This document shows positions 54,024 through 64,000 of a DNA stretch of 64,000 nt, piece after piece. Origin of the DNA: the human T2T-CHM13v2.0 reference genome, Homo sapiens; the NCBI RefSeq assembly GCF_009914755.1, contig NC_060932.1; one strand, 5' to 3'. Under the pieces are notes generated by a model, which was given only the letters and a program-made list of their open reading frames with translations, ran no database searches and was not told where the DNA came from. Position numbers and translations under genes: made by a program. Each line of letters starts with the position of its first letter. Positions within the stretch are counted from its first letter, which is position 1.

Positions 54024-54285
54024 CTATTTACCAACGCCAGCATACCCTCTCTTCCAGTTCGCAATAATTATCTCAATAGGGTTTTTGTGAGGTACAGAAG
54101 CAGTTAGGGTTTTTATATTTCAGTTTTCTGTGAATATAATCTTGAAGCCTTGAAATGGTCTTGAAACCTAGCCCAAGCAAATCATCACCCTCAGAAATTC
54201 TGTTTTCTACCTTGATATATTTTGAGAATAAATAATTGGTATAGCATGGGCAATTAATGTGGTCTCTACTCTCTCATGTTTTCAC

Positions 54286-54322
54286 ATGGGTGGGTGTGTG
54301 TGTGTTTGTGTGTGTGTGTGTG
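54286..54322 (+). repeat. Imperfect (TG)n microsatellite
   Basis: Seen directly. Confidence 0.85.
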
Positions 54323-54690
54323 TATTTAATTTTTTGCTTATGGCCCTATAAATTAGATCATACAGGAAGCCATCAGAAATCAGGAAGCATTCTCTGAGAA
54401 GAATGATGTAATATTTAGTGTTCATGTTGTGGACCAAGACAGTCAGCATAAAATAAATGATTTTATGAGTTGAACAGTTATACAAAACAAGAAAGAAGAA
54501 TTTAAATTTTAATAATTCTTAAAATCTTAAAAAATACATTTCAAATATTTTAAATTTGTCTACCATATACATAGTATCTGAGAGCCCCATATGGTATACA
54601 TACAATACCTAAAGATAATTTCACACACTGTTTAGGTTTATGTTTGACCTAAAATTCATATAATAACCAAAGTAAACATGTAAATATTTA

Positions 54691-55126
<436 letters not shown>

Positions 55127-55532
55127 TCAGGAGAAGTTGAAAGTAATCTTTTTCTTTCAACAAATTTCCTTTGAACAAATTAAGTTACACATAAAGTAGG
55201 TTCATTCCCATTATAAACAAATAAAGTAAGCAAACAAACACCAAGCACCATCTAGAAATTTGAAGACATTACTAAGAAGTTCATAACAATTTAAGAAAGT
55301 TTTTATAAGGATTATCCCCACCATTATTTCAGTAGTTTCTCTCTATATTAATAAGCACATGTTTGCCAGAAAGAGAAAGAGTAAATATTAGAGCAGCAAG
55401 CAAAATGAAAATGAGTTTGAAAGTGGAGGCTGTGGAGTGTCAGTGTGAGAGGTCTGGCAGAAATTATCATACTCCTTCGCCACGGCATTGATGGAGAGGC
55501 TAAAGGATTGACCATGTGGATAAGCAGAACTC

Positions 55533-55838
55533 TTTTTTTTTTTTTTTTTTTTTTTTTGAGACAGAGTCTCGCTCTGTCGCCCAGGCTGTAGTATTGTGGC
55601 ATGATCTCGGCTCACTGCAACCTCTGCATCCTGGATTCCAGCAATTCTCCCACTTCAGCCTCTCGAGTAGCTGGGATTACAAGTGCATGTCACCATGCCG
55701 GGCTAATTTTTATATTTTTAGTAGAGATGGGGTTTTGCCATGTTGCCCAGGCTGGTCTCGAACCCCTGGGCTCAAGTGATCCACCCACCTCAACCTCCCA
55801 AAGTGCTCCAATTACAGGCGTGAGCCATCATGTGTGGC
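55533..55838 (-). mobile_element. Alu (sense to FUT10), ~330 bp downstream of the catalytic exon
   Basis: Poly-T then antisense Alu on + strand. TSD-like agaactct. Confidence 0.95.
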
Positions 55839-56165
55839 AAGAACTCTTAATTTTTTATGTTAGGGACTCTTCCCCTTTTCTGCAGTTTTCTGTGTCACTG
55901 CCCAGCACCTGCAGCACGGGATCCCCCAGAAGAAACAATAAAGGAGAATGAAGGCTTTCAGGAATGAAGGCCTGTCCAGGGCTTGTAAACTTTACGACAG
56001 TCCCAAAAGGTAGTAATGGAATATTCAACCTTCCTGCAAAGCCCGGTCTTTCTGATAGGAATGAAGAACACTGATGAGGTGGCAACAACAGAAGGAAATG
56101 CAGGAGAGCAGAGAACATCAAGATGGCCAGCCTGCTGGCTCTATGCCCACCTTTGATTTGCTTAC

Positions 56166-57001
56166 CTTTTCCTGAAGCCTGATATTAGCCCACACCTTGG
56201 TGCACACCATACACTCAAATGCATCGATGTAATTGTCCTGGTTGACGTCTTGCACTCCCCATTTCCGTTCCCTGAGAGCTGTCAGAAGTCGCTGGTTAGA
56301 GATCTCACCCTTCAGCTTCCATTCTACATAGGCCTCATACAATCTGTCATCAGAATCCAGTCGTCTGATGTAACTTGCCAGTTCCCTGGGGTGAGAAAAT
56401 TCTGATACAAGAATAGCACTTTTGTTACTTGGAAGCCAGTCTGTGATGCTGGGGGATCCGTAATATACAGGGACTACCCCCAGTTTCAGTGGCCTCCAGA
56501 ACTTCTCAGTGATGTAGTCATCACAAACTGCATTCTCAAAAGCTAGGATAAACTTATACTGTGCAATGATCCTATAAAAGCCATCGGCATCCATAGAGGC
56601 TGGATTTTTCAGCTGCTGAGGGAGGTCTTTGTTTCGTAAACATTCACCATAGGAATCGACCTCGATGTAAGTCATCAGCTCGCGAACATAGCTGTCCCTG
56701 TCTGATGGTGGGTCACAGTCTGACTGTACATACACCAGCGGAGCAAGTCTTTTTCTAAGCTTGTTTTTGGACTGCAAAGGAACTAGGTATCGGAGTGACT
56801 TCAGGACTTCAATGCTCTCCAAGTATTGGGTAGTTAGTGGCAAGTGGGAATGCCTGCTGAACGTGGCAGTGTAGTTGAACAAGGTGATCACTGGTTTATG
56901 AAAGAGCTTATAATTGTTTTTCGGGGACTCTTCATGAAAAACAGCCCAGTCATGATGGGCTTTCCGAGGCAGAGGTAAGCTATCTATGTTAAAGTCAGTA
57001 C
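56166..57001 (-). CDS. FUT10: FUT10 large internal coding exon (836 bp), catalytic GT10 fucosyltransferase domain
   Basis: Minus strand acceptor ttttcttctcctag|GT ACT GAC TTT (phase 1, G-TDFNIDSLPLPRK...) and donor GAA AAG|gtaagc. The open frame contains the alpha-1,3-FucT motif YKFILAFENAVCDDYITEKFWRPLKLGVVPVYYG and VFHEESPKNN, recognised as FUT10. Confidence 0.97.
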
Positions 57002-57099
57002 CTAGGAGAAGAAAATGAGATATTAATTAGTATTTCCAAAAGATGTTGCTAAGTTTGGGTCTACCTGGTAAGATTAGAATACAGAGGAGTCTGAGGCTA

Positions 57100-57386
<287 letters not shown>

Positions 57387-57389
57387 TAT

Positions 57390-57430
57390 ATGTGTGTGTG
57401 TGTGTCATACACACACACACACACACACAT
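57390..57430. repeat. Self-complementary (TG)n-cat-(AC)n microsatellite
   Basis: atgtgtgtgtgtgtgt cat acacacacacacacacacacat. Confidence 0.92.
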
Positions 57431-59496
57431 GAAGCATGTTACAGTGTCACTGCAAAGTGCCTGGCAGTCAGTCACAAAGCTTTCACCCCAGAAACTACTG
57501 AGGGAGAGGATCACCAAAGAGGGGGACTATCATTTCTCATTTTACGAAAAAGGAAACAGGAGTCGTGTCTGGCCAGGTTCTAAAGGAGAATTTATTCCAC
57601 TGCCTCTTGCAATGGGCTTTTCTTCCTGAAAAGTGTTACCTACAAGTAAATAGGAGAAATAAAGAGATAAAGACAGTTCTTTAAAAAGAAAAGAGCAAGA
57701 GAAAGGAAGCCAAAAAAGGAAAGCAACCAGGTCAGCAGGTTGATTAACTGCAAAAAAAAAAAAAAAAAAAAGTGAAACCATGCAAAAGTAGCCAGAAGAA
57801 ATGTAGAAGATAGATTTTTTTAATCCAAAATGATTGATTTCAGCAAAGTGCAGTTAATCAATCTTAGTCAAAATGGTAGACAAGAGGCTTTTAAAGACGA
57901 AAGAGCTGATAATAGCACTATGTTACAGACCACTGCAGGATGGACAGGAATTAACAAGCTCATGGAGAAATAAAGAAGGCCTAACAGGATTACAATTATG
58001 AGTGACCCTAGCATCCACGGGATTAATTGAAAAACCTCTGAAACATGATGATGTGCAGACAGAAGTGATGGATGTGGTAAGCGATTGTTTCCTGGCTGCA
58101 TGGGTGGAGATCCAATCAGGGAGAACTTATTTCAATAACTGAGAAAGAAGAACTAAGACAATAACACAATAGGTAATATACAATTTCTGAAGTATTCTTG
58201 ACATGGATAATTTTGTAGACCCTTGAGTTTTTTTAAAATAAATATAAGGAAACGGGAAAAAATTCATCTTCCAATACCCACTGGAAAAGAAAATACCGAA
58301 TATATATTTATGCCAAAATAAAACTTTATCAACATTTTCTGGCAGAGCTCATAAAAATTAATTATTTAATGCCAGTGTACACTCCCACAAATAAAGATAA
58401 ACTCTTCAGTGCCAACACTACATCAATGAGAAATCAATTAATCAAGAAAGGCTTTTAAACAAAGATCAGATAAGGTTATGTCACAGGACATATACTAAGC
58501 ACAGAGAAATTGCTGAAGAAAGTGCCTCTGTTTTGATAGCAGGCTTTTATTCTCAATCTTTGGCAATGACGTACTAACGTAAAAATGGGCTTGTCCTTGT
58601 TTATTGGCATTTGCTATATTTGACCTTAGGCTTAAAAAAGAACACTCACCCATATACCTGAAATCTAATGGCATATAAAGTTGGATGGCTGGCAAAGGTT
58701 AATAATCATTAAGATAGAGAAACATGAGGATATGAAAGAGAATGTGAGAAGAAAGGCAAATGACTGCATTGAAGTACAACAGCTGCTGCTCAAAAAGGGT
58801 CTAAGCTGGCTGAGAGGCCAATGATAGGAACCAGAACCTATATAATTGAGTTAGAACACAAAGTTGCCACCTAAGGCATACAGAGAATCAAGGCCATTTG
58901 CCTGGGAGAGAAAGTACTAGAGTCCAGTCCACAGGAATCAGAAGCAGGGATTCAAGGTGTGAGATGAGAGATTAAAGAGGATATGATTAAAACAAAAGTG
59001 GGTCCAGAATTAACTGGGGGGATCAGGCACAGGGGATTTGAGTGAGTGACCCAAACACCAGTCACTGTCTGCTGCTACCTGCTAGGTGGCACATGGAAGA
59101 TTCTTAACCTAGCTCAGCATGGGTGCACCTCAGCAAAGATACCAGATGCAGAGCTGGGAAGCAGAAAGACACAAAGCCTGCCTCAGGTGCATTCAGATGA
59201 ATGCTCTCCTGCATTCATCTGAATTATGTTTAGTCTGCAGGGGTGCAGCTGCCTTTAATAGTGGGAGATGCTTATTAATAGAGAGGAAAGTTAAAGGGAC
59301 CTAGCCTTCCAGAAATATTTCCCATGTTTGCTATCTATAAAAGCATTTCCTGGTAACTTCCCTGAGATACATCCACACAAAACACAACCACACATGCGTG
59401 CGCATGTGTGCAATCACGCTAATATAGGTTTTCTGTAAGATTGTCAGATGCTTTCAAACTAAACTTCTCTGGAGAAGATTGAAAATAGGTCATTTT

Positions 59497-59810
59497 GGCA
59501 TGGCACAATGGCTCACACCTATAATCCCAGCACTTTGGGAGGCCGAGGCAGGCAGATTACTTGAGGTCAGGAGTTCGAGACCAGCCTGGCCAACATGGTG
59601 AAACCCCATCTCTACTAAAAATACAAAAATTAGCCAGGCATGGTGGCACATGGTAGTAGTAATCCCAGCTACTCGGGAGGCTGAGGCAGAAGAATTGCAT
59701 GAACTGGGGACGCAGAGGTTGCAGTGAGCCAAGATCACATCACGATACTTCAGCCTGGGTGACAGAGCGAGACTCTGTCTCAAAAAGTAAAAATAAATAA
59801 AATAAATAAA
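59497..59810 (+). mobile_element. Alu (AluS-like)
   Basis: Full dimer. Confidence 0.94.
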
Positions 59811-59904
59811 AACACGTCATTTTGCCCTGCAAGCATCTCTCCTAAGCCTAGAGCTTCAGACGGTAAGTGCTGAAGAATACTGAAATTAGAACCATGACCA
59901 ACCT

Positions 59905-60210
59905 GGCCAGGCATGGTGGCTCACACCTGTAATCCCAGCACGTTGTGGGGCTGAGGTGGGTGGATCACCTGAGGTCAGGAGTTCAAGACCAGCCTGGCCA
60001 ACATGGTGAAACCCCGTTTCTACTAAAAATTCAAAAATTAGCTGGGCATGGTGGTGCATGCCTATAATCCCAGCTACTCAATGCTGAGAAGGAGAATCGC
60101 TTGAACCTGGGAGGCAGAGGTTTCAGTGACCCAAGATTGCACCACTGCATTCCCTCCTGGGCGACAGAGTGAGACTCTGTCTCAAAAACAAAACAAAACA
60201 AAACAAAAAA
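59905..60210 (+). mobile_element. Alu (AluS-like) with 17-bp TSD agaaccatgaccaacct
   Basis: TSD at 59888-59904 and 60211-60227. Confidence 0.96.
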
Positions 60211-61139
60211 AGAACCATGACCAACCTAAACTACTTCACTGGGGATATCATGGCCTAGAACATAAGTGTCAATATTGAACAATTTCTAAAAGGTATTGGA
60301 TGTGGCTCAGAAAAAAACTGAGTTATTTAGCTCTCCCCAACTCCATCGCAATGCCTACTGTAACAAGAGTTGGAACTGGAGTCTATAGAGGAATGAAAAT
60401 CAATTAACCTATGGTATATCCATAAAAATGTGACTAACGTATGTGCAATTGGCTCACTAGTTTTCTAGTCATGTTCACTGCTCTTACATTTAACAATTTC
60501 AGATTCAAACTTTCATTCCTCTGGGTTATTTTGTGTTTACTGAATTCTGACAAACGTATTCGTTCCTTTAAACAACAGCTAAATAGATCTTTGGCACTAA
60601 TGTGCACTGTAAAGGGAATTGCAACTTGGAATACAAATGGAATAAAACGAATGCTGGCAAAGGGTGGCAGATTGCTGACTATGGAGACTAGATCTGAAAC
60701 AGCAGAGGAGCCTGAGAGTGACATACTTTATGGGACATGTTTATATGCCCCTCTCCTTCTGCAGGAGCATGGCCTCTTCTTTCATTACTCCCATACAAAC
60801 TGGTGAAAACAGAAGGCAACATACATTATTAACCTCACTTTACTAATGCAGTGTGAATCACTCATCTAGAGCTGAAAATCCCGGGTGGGGACAAGAACGT
60901 CTGACCAGCAAATAGGAAAGGACCAGAGGGACGACAGGCCCTGCTGCAATGTTGATTCCATGGAATGACATTCTTGGTACTTGCAATTACACCCACAGAA
61001 ATGTTAGCCAGCTTTAGCACACGAATGATGTGGAAAGCCCAGCCTGCCTTAATTTGGAAAAGAGAAGTGCTTCTGCAGAATGCTCTCCAAAGGTAATCTG
61101 TTTTAAAAAATAATCTCTACCATAAAACTGTTGTGTCCT

Positions 61140-61504
<365 letters not shown>

Positions 61505-62152
61505 CTAACTGACCCTCACCTAATCCCTCAAACCTTCCCATCCATCCACTCAGGACCCCCACAAGTGAACCACTCATTTCCTCTTCTTCTTTGGAGTGAG
61601 GGTGGAAGTTCACTCAAATCCTGTTCGAAGTCTTACCCCTCTTTACCCACAATGTCCAGACTGACTCCAGATCACATAAGGACCTGCCACTTAGCAACAC
61701 TGCCCCAGATCTGAGTAGCCCCTTAATCTTTCACATGCTGAACCAACACTGTAAGCCAGTGATAAAGTTGTTTTTCACATTTATATTTTTCGTGGAATGA
61801 TTTCAAATATACCAATGCCAATTTCCTATAAGAAACAAAACATGATATACATGAAAGGTTTTGCTCTTAAAAATTAAAAAAAAAAAAAACATCTCCACCT
61901 TAATGGGTCAATGTGCCAATGCTCATATAAATCCATCTCTAAAGCACAGAATTTAAAGCAGAGACTTCCTTTCTGGTGGAGAAAAATTTCTTCCAGATAC
62001 ACCAATGTCCCCCAACACACCTGCCTTTCGGATTTAAAACACTAGCCTTATTAGTACAACAGTCTTTAGCCCAAGATTACAGTACTCTCAGCCAAACCCA
62101 GGTTCATAAAGAGCACAGAGTCAGCTTAGTACTTTTTTTCTAAGAGGAGGCT

Positions 62153-63600
62153 GCATGAGTCATTGGCTTGTCAGTTGCTCAGCTCCATGTCCAACCTTCT
62201 ATGCTATGCTCCTTATTGTATGGGGCTGAAACTCTGCAAACTTCATTCCTCAGGCTCCCTGGACAACTGGCTTGCAATTAGGTTTTACAACTAGGAGCAC
62301 TGTAAGAAGACTGAAGGTGGGAATGATACAGACAGGAGGCAGGGAAATACTGGGTAGAAGAGGGTGGGGTCCCTGGCAAGGGTTCTACCCTCAAGCCTGG
62401 ACCCTCGGCCCTAAATGAGAAATTTACATCCCCACTTTCCTGCCCAAATGTTGCCTTTTGGCCTGCCCCACCACCTATCCTGTGCCCATAAAAACCCCAA
62501 GCTCCACTGGCAGAGGAGCAGAGCGGTGTGGCAGAAAAGCAGAAGAGAAGGAGCATCTGAACATGGAGAGGAGAAGAGGCAGCTGGACATCAGAGATTAT
62601 AGTCAGAGAGGAGTTCGGCCAGGGACGATTGGAGAGGAGTTTGGCCAGGGACAGTTAGAGAGGAGTTTGGCCATCCCCGGCCAAACTCCAGGGGAAGATC
62701 ATCTTTCCGCTCTATCCCCTTTCCAGCTCCCCATCCCACTGAGAGCCACTTCCACCACTCAATAAAATCTCCACATTCACCATCCTTCAAGTCAGTTTGA
62801 CCTCATTCCTCTTGGGCACTGGATAAGGACCTGAGCGTAGGTTCAAGAGGCTGTCAAACTGACTCTCCACTGAGCTGTTTAACACTTAGCCATCCACGGA
62901 CGACAAGTGCTAAAAGAGCACTGATTGTAACACATGCCCTCTGGGGCTTCAGAGGTCACAGGCAACCCCTAGACACTGCCGTGGGCTGGTATGCGGTTTG
63001 TTCCTGCTGGCGCCCAAAAGCACTTGCCCAGGCTCCTGCACCCACTCACCTGCGTGCTCCCCTTCCTGCAAGGGGTTTGAGCATGGAGGCCAAGTAAACA
63101 AGTAAACAAGTCATCCCTGTCGCAAGGCCCACAAGGAAGTCACGGGAACTATCCTGTCTCAGAAGGAAGAGAGAAGGAAACTCTTCCAATTCTCATGTAG
63201 CAGAGCAAGCATTAGCACTCCTGACTGTGATAAGATCAGCTGTAGCATCAAGGAGTAGTGGCAGTGGTGACATGAGCTAAGCAGACAGTGGTGATAGCGA
63301 TAGTAGCAGTGACAATAACCTGGGAGTGCTGGCTAGAGAGTTCTTGCCCGGTTAACTCACCCCCAACAGTAGAGCCTCAGAGACCCACTGGCCCTCACTC
63401 TGGGCAATGCTACCCTTCCTGTGCCTCTCCAGTCGAAGCGTAGCAGGGATTTCCTGCAGTTATTCATTCTGTATAACCTTCTCTTTCTGTATTTTGCTCC
63501 ACCAGCCCTTCAGCCCCTTTGTAACCAATTCTTGTAATACATTCCCACTGTTTGAAATACCTAGAATAATTTGTTTTCCTATCAGAATATGATTAATACA
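62153..63600 (+). mobile_element. LTR33-like ERV-L LTR split by MER50
   Basis: ctcagctccatgtccaaccttcta...ggggctgaaactctgcaaact and ...ctttgtaaccaattcttgtaatacattcccactgtttgaaatacctagaata...taataca. Confidence 0.75.
62324..63161 (+). mobile_element. MER50 (ERV1) solo LTR
   Basis: tgatacagacaggaggcagggaaatactgggtagaagaggg ... ccactcaataaaa ... gggaactatcctgtctca. TG...CA termini. Confidence 0.88.
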
Positions 63601-64000
63601 GAGGTCCATTTCAAAAGCTTGGAACTTCCATCCGATCAACTGATTATTCCAAGTTCTGTTGCAAGTTTTCTCTTGCTGTCTTGCTCCTTGATTTTTCTAA
63701 AAATACTATGTTTCTTGGTTCTAACCCCTTGTTATCACCATCCTAGGCTTCTATTTTCCCTTCTCTTCATCCATCTGGTGATAATGTAAAAGAAAAATGC
63801 AAGCCTTTTATTTAAGAAGGAAAAATTGAAAATCAGAAGATGAGACTCCTTTTAAGAAAGAAACCATCAAAATACTTGAAACCAAAAACACACTCCCCAT
63901 TCAGGTACTGTGCTGTAAATTCCTTCTCTGAGCTAAGAATTAAAATATACAGAATACTGAGACCCAGGTAACCACAAAGAATAATCAGGTTGGGGTGAAG

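Noticed and set aside
56889-56891. ORF-track start 'M' of the 257-aa ORF
   Set aside because: It is a GTG (Val) inside the exon. The frame continues upstream to the splice acceptor at 57001.
56971-56980. Consensus-like splice donor (agag|gtaagc) on the + strand within the FUT10 exon
   Set aside because: Explained by FUT10 codons on the opposite strand. No supporting antisense exon seen.
62605-62673. Short direct repeats as a CRISPR-like array
   Set aside because: Tandem units with no unique spacers inside an LTR. Eukaryotic context, no cas genes.

Overview
Primate (almost certainly human) genomic DNA. It holds the 3' end of FUT10 (GT10 alpha-1,3-fucosyltransferase family; to my knowledge recently reassigned as protein O-fucosyltransferase POFUT3) on the minus strand. 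Two coding exons lie in the window: an 836-bp exon (56166-57001) and the terminal coding segment (39782-40009), followed by a ~2 kb 3' UTR. The rest is intron and downstream intergenic sequence dominated by transposable elements: about 30 Alus, two L1PA insertions with TSDs, older L1M/L2/MIR fragments, MaLR/ERV LTRs (MLT1, MLT2, MST, THE1, MER9, MER50, LTR33), a decayed ERV-L provirus, hAT/Tc-mariner fossils and a U6 retropseudogene. I found no convincing previously undescribed biological system. The most testable observations are inverted Alus bracketing the catalytic exon (back-splicing/circRNA), an intron read-through alternative C-terminus, nested-insertion chronologies and a ~410 bp AT-rich structure-forming repeat. 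Repeat subfamily names come from remembered consensus sequences and need RepeatMasker/Dfam confirmation.
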